Positions 26,000 to 38,649 of a stretch of 64,000 nucleotides of DNA are shown here, in pieces. The translations under genes were made by a program, and so were the position numbers. The stretch's first letter is position 1. Every line of letters begins with the position of its first letter. Source of the DNA: Octopus bimaculoides (taxonomy: Eukaryota). Location of the stretch: assembly GCF_001194135.2 (NCBI RefSeq), contig NC_068989.1, positions 38,197,637-38,261,636 on the forward strand, in the 5' to 3' direction. The notes below the pieces were generated by a model, which did no database searches, had not been told where the DNA came from, and saw only the letters and a program-made list of their open reading frames with translations.

Positions 26000-26560
26000 T
26001 GTAGAGAAATACTTTTTCTGGCAAACCAAGTCTCTTAATAGGTTTTATTTTTAGATACATTCGATATAACTGTTTCATTTCAGTTCCTGTGTACCCATAT
26101 GGTGTTGGAAATGCATAAAAATCACAGCTATTGTCCCTTCCGATGATAGATGTATCGGATTTAAACATTGTAGCAATTAACTATGGGTTATCCTTAAGAG
26201 AAATGTTGATTCTTTTGCCTAAGCATGAAGGTTCTTTTTTCAGTAACATGATACTGAAGTTCATTTTTTCTTGTTAAAAGATTTTTCTTGAGTAATGGAT
26301 TAAATGAGAAAATTGAGGTACAGTTATTATCTACCAGAACATTCATGCAGCTTCCACGTGTAGGCGCAGTTACCTCCCTTGACAGCGGCTGTTTAAACAA
26401 GCTCGCAAATAAATGGCGCAAGAGCAGTGAGGTGCTGACACTAAGCCCCGGCACTTCCTCTTTTCTCGTCAAGACGGCAGACCGCGAAGACATGACCTAG
26501 TTGGCTCTCGAATACATGCAGACAGCTAGCAAACATGAGATAGTGTACAGAAGATGAACA
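26000..26560 (-). pseudogene. VPS13D: VPS13D-like relic including a possible UBA remnant
   Basis: LHVFESQLGH resembles IEVFSCRLGN; LSVSTSLLLRHLFASLFKQ resembles IRLSYNDVQLFLAIAKSIPEQ; G*PIVNC...KGQ*L resembles the VPS13D UBA segment GFSMDDC...QGQL; frameshifted. Confidence 0.5.
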
Positions 26561-27049
26561 TGGTCTCCATTCATCAAGCTCTTTACATTATCATTCAACT
26601 TGTATAAATTTGAGACCAAGAGTAAAGATATTTAAAGTTACAGCTTTGTTCCATGAATTCATTGTACCGTGTTCCTCTATCAAATGATATTACAACCTTT
26701 GGAATGGAGTCATCATTAGATGGCTCCACAACCTGAGAACACCACCATCTAAAAACGCATTAATGATGTAAATTAAATGTTCTACCACAAACATAGCTGT
26801 GTGGTTAAGAAGTTTGAGTCCACTGTGGTTTTATCTTCTATTATATCACTTTGGACAATTGTCTCCTAACATTGACCAGAATGATAAACTAAATAAACAA
26901 ATACAAAATAAGTAAAACACTGGTGCTCTTTGATCGAAATCGCCTGTGATACCTATTCAACAGTGAGTTTAAAATATTCTCTTTTCATTATACTGTCAGA
27001 AACGTGGTGAGCTTGTGATTAGTCCATTGGAAACTTGTTTGCAACGACA

Positions 27050-28045
27050 CTGTTTTTACCATTTGTAGACAGTTTCCTCCTCCACATGAAAAGTTTATCT
27101 CAATACAGCAACTTTTGTCAAAAGAACAATGTTGTCTCTGTCTAATGTGGCAAATTATTCAAATCGTAGTGTTAAGAAATGATTTACAGCTGGTGGACGT
27201 AAATATTGGAGAACCAAGTGTAATGGCAACACAGTATTGAGATAGTTAAGATCTGTTGATTTCTTGGATAGTTGCTCGGTACCCTACTCCCTCAGGCATC
27301 TTCACTCTTACAGTGTACCTCAGTGGTGTGGCGTGAAGTGTACAGGGTGTGCGGACTGCACCGGGTGGCCACATTATATACGTTTCTTTGCTACAGTCGA
27401 AGTTATGTAAAATGTAACGAAGTGGCTAATTTTGCCAGATGAAGGCTGCTATTTGAACCAAAACCCACGCTGTCACTAGTGTACATACCATTTTATATGC
27501 AGTATATTATTTCCCTGATACATTGGAAGAGGTATAGTTTTAAAAATGACTGAAAGTACAATTGGTTTGGTTAAAGTGATATATAAATGATAATGGCAGT
27601 ATTCTAACCCCTGATGTTTTCGGTGATTGTCTAGTACCTGATCATGTGTCTAATGTAGTTGGAATATTATTAAATGCTAGAGAATAAATAAATTTCTACT
27701 GGAAAACCTAATAGCATTAACATAAGCATTAATATTTTAATATTTTCTCATAAAAACTAAAATCGAACTAAATTATATATCCATAGGTATCACTTCAAAC
27801 TACAAAAGTAACACTGTTGTATCGCGTGCAACATTCATTTTCTATTTATTGTTCATTGAATTTTAGCACCTATTTCTGGCGTATTTTTGTTATATAAGTA
27901 TCACATGAAACACTGCCTTGTAAAAAGTTCTTATTAGAATAACTTGATGTCAATCACTATGGACGTGGTAATCATGTTCCTTCTTGTCTGTTGGTAGATT
28001 TCAAGTCAAAACAACTGGCTTCTTAAAGTACTGCAGATTCCAGAA
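27050..28045 (-). pseudogene. VPS13D: Two VPS13D-like relic exons (~28040-27880 and ~27260-27050)
   Basis: QLF*LEIYQQTRRNMITTSIVIDIKLF resembles IQIELHFRSTKDSSCFTVVLNNLRVF; LDRDNIVLLTKVAVL resembles FDTNAIILKGTTVL. Confidence 0.5.
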
Positions 28046-28416
28046 GAAAGAAAAACATAACACAATAGCGTTTTGCCAACTGACCACTTAGATATAGAAT
28101 TTCCTATTTTATTTATTTTTCCAACACTAACGAAAAATATCTCATGATTATAATTATTTTTGGCTCCTTAATTTCCAACTTCAAATTCCACCGGTGTTGA
28201 TTAAGAAGTACCAGTCAAATACTGAGGATCAGTGTAAACGTCTTATCCCTCTTCTCAAAATTGTTGGCCTTATACCAAAACTGGAAAATTATTACTATTA
28301 TTTCTGTGTTAGACCTACTAAATAATTACCAACGGTTTGCCTATTTAGGGACTTGTTATTGTCAAACTTTGTTGCCCATTTTATTCTGAATATAACCAGG
28401 ACTTTGGAGGTGCTGC

Positions 28417-30009
28417 TTGACTCTTATTTCTCACCCTTTTGAGAGCCCAACTAGCATCTACAATACATTTCTTTCAAAAAATCCATTAAACATGGACATG
28501 GTGGCAAATTTACAAGCCAACCAGCAAGGAAGTTGTGAGGGAAAAGTTGTCACTCAAGGCTTACTCTTCCATAAAAACGACTTCTTCAATTTGATGACTA
28601 TTGAGAAGAGTAAATGTAGCAATTACAAGTCGGATAAAATGTGTGGAACAACAGCAACAATAACAAAACAACTAAAACCACTACCGTCACCATGGACAAC
28701 AGCAAATACATTTAAAAGAATAAACAACAGCAAGTCCAGTGATAGCAGCACTGTTGTCATCACGTCAAATGCAAGTGACCAGCATGGGCAAAATACCACC
28801 ATTACCATTGCCACGTCAGCGGTTGACATTGACAAGGGTTACAACTGTCAGCTTCATAAAATGCAGACCACCTCTTGCAGTCCCAAATAACACCAGCATC
28901 ACCCTCACTATCCTTCCGGTTGCCAGTACCATCAACGCTGGAAGCATCAGCATTGATAGTAAAAGAGTACAGCCAAGCAGCTACAAAAACTACGGCCCTT
29001 TGCCAGTGCAGCAAGAATATCATAGAAAATTCAAATACTAAGCAAAGCATAAATGAAGTAAACAAAAAAAAAATCGAAGGACGGCAAGTCAGCTTGGCCG
29101 TGTAAATAAAAAATGTTATGGGGCAAACGAGGAGAAACATGGCAATTATTGATGCACAGAACCAAAAAAAAAAACCAAAAAAAACATATCACTCTTGCAG
29201 GTAATATAGCAAAGCCTACATCACATTCCTCATTGAAATCGAGGCACAAAATTATTTTCTAGTCTCTCCCATACAGAATCCTACTTCTTTGGCAGCCATA
29301 TTGGTCGACATGGTAGATAAGGTGATATTAGTGGTATACAGGCTGCGAAGGAAGAACTTGTCGGAAATAGGTATGGACTTCTTGGTCCAAATGGATCATA
29401 TGACTTTGTCACATGGCACCCTTTTGATTGTGATGGTAGAAATGAAAAGGACAAGATGCGGCATATACAACGTTTCAAATTACCTAAAACGTTTCTGTTC
29501 TATGAAAAGATTAAAAGAAAGAAAATCCCCACATCAGCAACACCACCAGTAGAATGTAACTGTTACAGCAGTAGCAAGAGATGCAATAACAATGCAATGC
29601 AGCACCAACAGCAGCAGTGGCAACATACAAAGCAGGAACAACAGTAGGAAAAGAGGCCACAATGACGGTAAGGCCCCCTCATACCAATAACAGCAAAATA
29701 TTTCCTCGGATATTTCCAAAATACCTCCGAATTTTGTCCTCCCCTCAACAAAATACAAACATGCACTCGTGTGAAAATATACCTCTTCCTTCCTGGTCTG
29801 ATCTAAGGAGCATATTGGAGCATAAATGGCTACTAGATTTCATAAGACATTTAGTAATTTTTCTTGAAAAGTCCTACTTTTTAGTGCAAGGTCGAGAATG
29901 GAATAACATTTTAGACATATATTGGAATTATGTAGGGTTAACCTATACGGAAGAAATGAAAATCCTTGATAATCTGCTTAAACAGCCCCATTTGTCTTAC
30001 AGAAACTGA
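28417..30009 (+). pseudogene. Unidentified decayed coding-like region, antisense to and inside an intron of the VPS13D relic
   Basis: Long, mostly open stretches (157 aa and 130 aa). A 76-bp gt..ag intron (29201-29276) keeps frame: ..HITLA|ESYFFGSHIGRHGR*GDISGIQAAKEELVGNRYGLLGPNGSYDFVTW. Several TAA/TAG stops. Confidence 0.35.
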
Positions 30010-30309
30010 CTGGGTTTCCTGAATGTGCCAGTGTGAACTTAGAGCGACCGCATTGAGTCATATCTTGAGCAACCGCATAGAATCATAGCTAGGGTATCTG
30101 TTACATCAACAGAAAAAATGTAGACTATCCATAATTCCAACCAGTCAGCTATTTCTTTTTCTTCCAGGGTTTCACCACTCCTGAAGGAGAAACCCCGGCA
30201 CCACTTAAGTACAGCGGTCTCAATGCATTTATGTCACGATGTTTTTACGGTGCATACTCGTTAGGGTTAGGGTCTAGGGTTACGTAGATGCGTCAAGACC
30301 TCTGTATTT

Positions 30310-30760
30310 AAATAGTACTGAAACCCTTACCTGAACTCCTTCCATCACTGTCTATCTCTAGCCAGTTGTGATCATGTAGGCCCCAGATAGTGAGTGAGAT
30401 CATCTCGCCATTTTATTTTTTGTCGGCCTCTTGATCTTGCCCATTGTCTTAGTGTCTATTCCGTTATCTTGATTGGTCTTTCAGTTGTGCGATGTGGCCA
30501 GCCCATCTATATTTGTTTTCTTTGGTGGTTCTTTTATGTCATTGACTATCGTGTGCTGCCGCATCCAGGCGGTGGTCTTCTTGCCCAGCAATGTGATACT
30601 GAGCATGACTTGGTCTGTCTCCTGTGGGCTACAATGAGGGCGTTCATGATGGTAGTGTTGAGCCATGTTTCACTGCCATAAAATTGTGATCTGAAAGTTG
30701 CACTTGTCATTCGTAAAGCCTACAATGACATCATTAGGGTTGTATATGAGCAACAATTGA
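30310..30760 (-). mobile_element. RTE LINE 3' fragment
   Basis: IYGSETWLN..MLSITL..WMRQHT..YRWAGHIAQ..KWRDDL..LARDR..W pattern. Confidence 0.75.
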
Positions 30761-32999
30761 CGGTGGTAATCATTAACTGATAATGGTGTACTCTGAAGAG
30801 GGTGTCTGGAGTAGAATCAATTAGTTTTAACAAAAAAATAGACAGGAAAAATAAATTGAACTGGTAATAAGTGGATGATATCAGAACTCTGTATGATGAG
30901 TGGCGGAAGGGCAGAGCCGGGTGGAGTTACTGAGTCAACCTGGCTAATGGGTTTCCATCTATGCATGGTGGTTAATCTTAAATGCATTTTCTTTTAAGAA
31001 AATTGTCTACCTTATCACTATCTCTCGTTTTAAATACTGTATATTGTTATTTTACATTTATTTCGTGTTTTATTAAATTTTAAACCATCTATTGTACTAT
31101 TTCTATATATCCCCACTTTTTTGTATAAACGTCCAGTTCCACCTGGATTATAAATCTCTGTGTTTAACATTCGTACTATTTTATTGTATCTTTCAAGCCG
31201 TTTTGACTATTAGAGCATTATTTATTCTTATATATATTTGTTGGACTGACAGAATCGTTGGCTTTTCGGACGAAATTCTTCGTGGTGCTTGATCCAACTC
31301 TTTACATTCTGAGTTCAAATGTGAGCGATGTCAATTTTGTCTTTCATCCTTTCTGGGACGATAAAGTACCAGTTAAGTACCGGGTTGAGGATTTTCAACT
31401 AATTCCTTCCAAATTTCAGGCTTTTTGTCTATGCTGGGAAGTGTTTAAATTTTCATTTTGTTTTTGTTATATTGTTTAATCGAAGGGGCAACATTATTGG
31501 CCTTTTTCAGGGCCTAGGAGACCGGTAGGATGTACTCAGATCAGAAACATAATGAATCCCTGTACAGGTGCCGATGGGCCAAATGAGAGTTAGATAGGGA
31601 GGAAATTCAATCTGAGTCTTTTCCAGTGCGCGTGTTTTAACTCCCGTTTCTATGTTTGGCAACACAATATACCACCGAAGTCTATTTTCCTTTCACATTT
31701 ATTCCTCTCATTAAACATATTGCCACTTAATCTGTCTTAATGTATAAAACTTTTTAATGAATGATATGCTTACAAGCTTGGATTTCGTTCTTAGATCAAA
31801 GAAGAGTGTCCCTTAGACATTTAATTTTATGTTCAAAATATTTAAAATGTTTGTACATCGAAATGATAAAACAAGAGGCTGTTTAAAAGTTGTTTTAAAA
31901 ATAATTTATTAGAAGCAAAGATAAAGATGTAATACTTTAACATCTCTATTTATAGCCATTATAGATTCTTAGAAGTTGCTATTAATTCATAAAAACTTAC
32001 TCGGTGATATTACGAATTTAATACTTTTCGTAACGCATTGTTGCATAAAACTATAAGGAATCTCAACGCAAAAATCAATTTTTGATAATCTATATCGTAA
32101 AATGAGGCAAATTTGGAAATGTGTCCCTATATATCACTTTCCTTCTTCCATTTGTCGCTCGTTTTATTTGTTGGCTCTTGTAACAATTGTTTGGAAATAC
32201 ATCAAAGAGATTAATTTATAAACTCTGTTGGCATTGTATTTACCAGGAGATTATGATTTGGTCTGACTCGTTCAGTAAATTTAGCTGAACAAAATTTTGA
32301 TTGTTCAATTTCTGTATTTCACCATCGTAAATATTAATGCGAATCTATTAGTTGGAAAGATTGAAGTTTCCAATAACGCTTAATGTTTTTTTTTCCAAAT
32401 GTTTTTGTTGTATTTGTACAACACATTTTATCTTATTGTTCATTATATTTTAACACGTATTTCATGTGCGTGTCACGTGTATTTACTTTCAAATATTAGA
32501 AATATTGCCTTATAAAGTGCCTTCAGTGCTTTGCAGTCGCTGTCCTTATTTTCTAAGTGACAATAATTTTCAAGATAGAATTATTGGCTTCTTAAGCAAT
32601 TACAGATTCTAGAAAAATGTAACCCAAGGCCCAAAAGTATAATACCAAATGATCACGTAGGTGCTTGATAAAATTTCTTATATTATTTGTGACAGCAACT
32701 TTTCTTTTTCTTTTAGTTTTCGAGCTTTAGTTGCAATAAGCATATTTCCTATTGGTATTATGAAATAAAGTGATTATCAATTGGTAACAATTTGCAAGAT
32801 AAATATCCAAGATTATCACTATTAACTTATAAATTTTTTTTCATTTCATATATTCGAAATTGTGGAAGACGGTAAGCAACGCGTTTAAAAAAAATTGCAC
32901 ACTTTAAAGATATATACGTGAAATTGCGTCCATTCTGTAGTTTTAAGTCCTGATGTTTAAATCTGATGAACGCAGGTACGACCCAATGGTTGTGCCGTA

Positions 33000-34660
33000 T
33001 TCAGTGAGATCATCTTTTGTCATAGTCATGTGAGTAAAATTGATAAGACAGAAATTGGATTTTTGTCGGATCGTTTGTAACTGTATTTAAAAGCCCAATC
33101 TAGTGATTACATTAGAATTCCGTTTGTCTGTCGTATACCCAACGAGTGAGTAAGCCGTTTCATTGATCAAACAATTGGGACTACTATAGGAACCTTATAA
33201 GATACACAAATTGCAAGAAATAATCAGATTTCTTGGAAATCACTTTTACTGTCTTGTAATCCAAAGCAACATTTTTGTTTATAAATCTTTTCCAGCACGT
33301 TTAACTTGGGGGAATTTCTCATTGCTGTATCGCATTAAATTAGTCCTTCCTTTCTGTAGGGAACAGAATGAAGAGATGTCTAAATAGGAGGGATCAAACT
33401 TGATTAAAGTCCTGGTGGAAGATTTCAACTGAAGAAAAAGGATTAATAACCGAAGTCTATTTTTTTTTTTAATTTTGAGCTCGGTTCAAACGCTTTAGTT
33501 TGACCGTCATGAGTTCATGAAGTGATCTTGAATTTTTTTTTAAATAAAAATAGATCATAGAAGACTAGGTGGGACTGCCACACCAGGAATAATAAGCATT
33601 TTAAAACCTATGAAAATATAACAGGGAAACATGAACGGCGAAGAGACTTACAAAATGTGAGTCAAACTGAAAAGGAAAATCACAAAATAGAAACGCAAGT
33701 TGTTTTCTTTGTATTTCAAATATATATATCTTTCAGATTCCCGCAATTTTTATTGCTAGTATATACTACCGTGTTCTGTCTTTTTGAGAAGATTTAATTT
33801 TCCTACGTGATGTAAAACTTATACTAATTTTAATATATAAAATACCCTGTGCATGTGTGTGTGAGCGATCTTTCGATACTAATCCTTGGGGTGATCTTTC
33901 GGTACAATACCTAGAAATGCCATCGACACGTGGTCTCGATGGCATTTCTAGGTATTGTACCGAAAGATCACCGTTAAATTGTAAGCATAACTAAACTTCG
34001 AAGCAAAAACCGTTTTATGCCGCGTGTTGCTACAGTCTTGACTAACTAAAAACTAACACGTTGTGCCGCAGACATAACAGAACTCTGTGCAGTTGCACTG
34101 CAGGCAAATAACAGCAACCGAGAGTCACGGGATCAAAACTAAAATGACAACATTTGACAAGTAAGCGTCATTTTCTTGGAGAGGTGCGCTTCTGAAGAAG
34201 CGCCAAACATACTTCTGCGACATATCTTTTGTCTGACTGCTCACCCATGGTTGATCAAAGAGTAAGCAACAGATGTTTCTCACCTTTCTTTAAAATTAAG
34301 CTGCCATGGCTTTATTTAGTATAAACGGCAGTTTGGAGTTCAGGATTACAAGAGTTCCAAGATGTAGAGCGATGATTGTTGTCTTAGTAGTAATAAGCAC
34401 CGCAGGGTTAAGGTCAAGTGATGCCCCAAGTGCGGCCCAATAATCTTGCTCCTTTGACCCTTCCATCATTCAGCTTCAAATTAAAATACATTAAAAGTGT
34501 TTTATTCAACGTCTCGCTAGCCAAACCCCACAATTATTTTTCGTAAGAAAAATATTAACACTGAATAGTAGAAAGCAATATAAATTATGCATCTATCACT
34601 TTGGCATCAGGAGAATTTCATCTCATTCTTAAAATAAAACTTATTTACCGTTTGCAGCAT
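33000..34660 (-). pseudogene. VPS13D: VPS13D-like relic of long exon(s), including the VPS13 repeat motif
   Basis: 34469-34311 reads MMEGSKEQDYWAALGASLDLNPAVLITTKTTIIALHLGTLVILNSKL (VPS13 repeat motif LDI..APVLLIP..LIVANLGKLKVKN). It is preceded by IKHF (IQHF) and followed by NDAYLSNVV (DHVCLLDCVV), FPQVKRAGKDL..RNL (FPSYFVRQTGGSLL..RNL) and VP...GIL..SL. Confidence 0.6.
33890..33972. repeat. Perfect 37-bp inverted repeat with a 9-nt loop
   Basis: ggtgatctttcggtacaatacctagaaatgccatcga - cacgtggtc - exact reverse complement. Confidence 0.95.
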
Positions 34661-35032
34661 ACGGACTCTGGCACTGGAACCAAAAGAAAGACAAAATCAA
34701 AACTCTGTATTGCCACCCATCCCCTCCCGTTTTTTTTTCTTTTCTGTTAGTGTTCTCATACTAAGTCCATAGTAATTTACATACCGAAATAACCATTGAA
34801 AAAAAATTTTGTTTTGTTATTTGTTTAGTCTGGAGTTACCTAGTTTGGTGAATACAAATGCGACGGAGCTTGACATTTATACCAAAATAAATGTATATAT
34901 ATACGTACCTAAACACAAGGTAAAATATCAAATAACTGACTTCATGAAGACGCTTAAAAATTAATAGATTATGAGCTTTTAAATAGCTTACCTATATATT
35001 TCGTTGATAAATTGGACTTTCTTAGATTTTTG

Positions 35033-35630
35033 GGATCTTTTTTAAAACGGGGGCCACGTTTTTCATTAATGTTTTACGTAGTGTTTTTGGTACCGAAAGA
35101 CTTTCAAACTTCGTATACTTATCTATTTTGTGTTATAGAACAGAAAAATATTTTTGTATTCGAATTTATTTCATGTAAAAAATTGTCTTATTTCGATAAT
35201 TTCAACCAATCACTGACAGGTATTCAGTTGTTTACCTTTACTCCTTTGGCTCATTAAGCGATGTATAGCGTATTTAATCTCCATACCTTCGTTTTATTTG
35301 CTTTTTTCATTTTAAATTTGCTTTAACCCTAACCCTAACCCTAGGGTTAGGGTTAGGGTTAGGGCTAGGGTTAGAGTTAGGGTTAGGGTTAATTGTTTCA
35401 GAATCGTTTGTTTATGTAGTCGGCACTTAATGTATATCGGCTGAATGGACGTCAGTGATTGGTTGAAATTACAGAAATACGACAACTTTAACATGGAATA
35501 ATTTATGGATTTCTTTTTTTTTAAAGAAGACTAAAAGAAAAAGATGTTTTATATGACACATTCTACCAGTGTTCCAAGTTTCAAAGTGTTTCGTTAATGA
35601 AAAATGTGGCCCCCGTTTTAAAAAAGATCC
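35033..35630. mobile_element. Intact MITE with ~35-bp TIRs, 8-bp TSD and internal telomere-type repeats
   Basis: TIR ggatcttttttaaaacgggggccac(g/a)tttttcattaa; TSD gatttttg at 35025-35032 and 35631-35638; (CCCTAA)n then (TTAGGG)n at ~35325-35390. Confidence 0.9.
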
Positions 35631-37599
35631 GATTTTTGTTCTATGGAACCTGGTTGTAAAATTTCTTGTGCTAGGTTACACTTGTATTGTAGTCAAGCTT
35701 CTGTTATGATACATCCAATTTTGTTCTTTTGTCTGTTCATTAAACATCCTTTCGTAAGAAAACGCACTAGTTTTATAAGCCATTTATTTACTAAGATACA
35801 AGAACTACAAATAAAATCTATTTGCTTTTTTTTTTATTATTCGAATACGCGGTACTGTGGCATTACAACATAATACGGAGCAAAAGACAAAAATCATCAG
35901 AGGACATAAGGCAACCCTAACCTTCTAGAATAGGTTGTGTCTTTGGCACTCACAGGCATTCAAGATAGATGCGGTTCCTAGTTTATTTGAACAACTACAA
36001 ATCTTTGACTAAGAACAGACTGACTAGAGAGAAAATTCTTGAAAGAACACCTTTCTTGAAGAAAGGTAGGTATGGAGATTAGGGCAAGGTCCATGGTTGA
36101 GACACACTATGGACGCTGAGAATAGGAAAACTAAATGGGATAGTGGAAGTTAGCACATGAAGCTGCGACTATTATAATTGACAATAAGAAAAATAGCACA
36201 AGGAAATAGTACGTGTGACCGGAGTTTTGGCATGTGTTTGAGATAGGCGCCAGCTGTCAGGTATATCACTTTTATTCGAACTTAATGGATCCGATCAAGT
36301 GGCTAGCATTTTCGATAAATGCTTAACTGGCATTATTATTGTCACAATATTATACTTGTAACATGTGCATTCGTTCTTGCATGTGTGTATACAACGTTTA
36401 CCTTCCATGCTGATATATCTGTGTAGGTGTACACACACGTTCCTGTGTGTATATTTACACGAGCGAGTTTTCTTTTATTGAACAATTTAACGAATGATAG
36501 CTTGCTGTTGCATATAACTGTTTAGAATCAGTACTACAGTTTGTAAACTCTTTATTTTAGAACATATATGAAAAAAAAAAAAAAAAGGCTGTGGCATAAA
36601 ACACGAGCTCTTAAGAACACACATTTTGTTTCCCTGGTTTAAAGAATTTCAAGTTAACGGTATGTAAAACTGAACGCCTGTTTTTGTATCAATTGCAATA
36701 CTTTCAGCTTCTTAAATTCGACGTTTAGGTATCTTTAGATGAATTTTATATGGATGTTGAGGTATTGTTGTAGATGAAATAATTGAACAAAAAACTCATT
36801 GCCATTGAAAGAGTATCGGAGAAATATGGGTCTGAGAAAGATTGGTCAGAGAGTTTAGCTGATGAAATGATATAGTAGAGATGAGTAGGAATTTGAGGCA
36901 GTTGAAAAACCGACCACTTTTTTGATTTTTTTTTTTTACTTACTGTAATACCACAATGCAAATGGAATTTCGATGAGTTTTCTGATAAGTTTATAAAAAT
37001 GTAAAGTCAATTTATACATTTAGTTATTATTATTATTACTTTTTTTTTGCGTAAGATATTAAAAATATTATGTTGACTAATTTCATAGGTACTTGTTTTC
37101 ATTTTATCAGGATGAATAAAAGTTAATTTTGGAATAAGTGCCCCAATACATTACAAAAAACGAATTTTTGAAAACTTATTTTTGTTGAATCTTCTACCCT
37201 AAGGTTTAACACTTCATTCAGAGTAAAAAAATGGTTAGATGAGAAAATTACGATTTCATACTCTGGGGAATAAAATGAAAGGAATTTAGGTTTTTTGTTT
37301 AGAATCTTAATCTCTAATATTCAGAATATAGAAATCCATAGTAGTTTTCAAATAAAAAGAAATTGGAGTGCTATTTATTTGGAGACTAAATAGAAAGAAG
37401 GTGGGGTCTTTCACTATTTTTCGACAACAATTATTCTTGAAATATAAATTTGCGTCTTTGTTTATTTTTTTCATTTCATTTTGTTTTTGGTAAAAAGGAA
37501 CGACTATAGGCCAAATAAATGCACCTAGTTTGGGGTTACAGCTCCTTTAATAACTCAAAATAGTTTCTTTTGATTTTGTTTATGGAAACCTACAATCAC

Positions 37600-37720
37600 A
37601 TGTCATTACTTTCGAGACAGTACTTCTTCATACACCAAGCATTTTGGCGATTTCCATTACTCTAGTGCTTGCCATACGAGCAATGACCTCTTTGAAAGTC
37701 CAATAGATATGTCATTTTAA
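37600..37720 (-). mobile_element. Tc1-like transposase N-terminal fragment
   Basis: LDFQRG..ARMASTRVMEIAKMLGV*RSTVSKVMT resembles a Tc1 helix-turn-helix start. Confidence 0.6.
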
Positions 37721-38649
37721 TAAATTTTAATAAATTTTCTGATGATATCTGAATAGAAACAGCAATTTTAGCAAAACATATTAAGCAACACTAATAATAA
37801 ATCAAAAACAAAAATAAACCAGCTTTGAATGGTTTTATAGATATTTCAAAACTATGATGCGAGGTGTTTCCATTATTTTGTCCGGTATGTGTTTTGTTAG
37901 CTGTGTTTTGTTAGCTGTGTTTTGTCAACTGTGATTTTTAGGCATAAGAGAATATATTCTCTTATACCTAAAAGCCATAGCTGACCATGCTTGATTATAT
38001 ATATATATATATATATATATATNNNNNNNNNNNNNNNNNNNNNNNNNNNNNNNNNNNNNNNNNNNNNNNNNNNNNNNNNNNNNNNNNNNNNNNNNNNNNN
38101 NNNNNNNNNNNNNNNNNNNNNNNNNNNNNNNNNNNNNNNNNNNNNNNNNNNNNNNNNNNNNNNNNNNNNNNNNNNNNNNNNNNNNNNNNNNNNNNNNNNN
38201 NNNNNNNNNNNNNNNNNNNNNNNNNNNNNNNNNNNNNNNNNNNNNNNNNNNNNNNNNNNNNNNNNNNNNNNNNNNNNNNNNNNNNNNNNNNNNNNNNNNN
38301 NNNNNNNNNNNNNNNNNNNNNNNNNNNNNNNNNNNNNNNNNNNNNNNNNNNNNNNNNNNNNNNNNNNNNNNNNNNNNNNNNNNNNNNNNNNNNNNNNNNN
38401 NNNNNNNNNNNNNNNNATATATATATATATATATAAAGCCATTATAGCTGTAAGTAAACACAATCTGTGTAAATGTTTTAATATTCTTAAAACAGCAAAG
38501 AACTATAATAAAATATTTCTCTATAAGTATTAGATAAACTTTCTCTGAATTAAACTTGTTGATGTTTTTACACATTCCTATATGGTACTTAAATCCGAGA
38601 ACTACAAATATATAAAAATGTGGTGAAAGTTTTGTTTATACAACTTACA

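Noticed and set aside
27050-27260. BTB/BACK-domain pseudogene reading
   Set aside because: The VPS13D motif FDTNAIILKGTTVL fits better and is collinear with neighbouring relics.
34144-34166. ATG ACA ACA TTT GAC AA|gtaagc as the first exon of a plus-strand gene
   Set aside because: No convincing downstream exon; the minus strand here reads as VPS13D-like NDAYLSNVV.
35325-35392. Head-to-head (CCCTAA)n/(TTAGGG)n as an ancient telomere fusion site
   Set aside because: It lies inside a MITE with TIRs and an exact 8-bp TSD, so it arrived by transposition.
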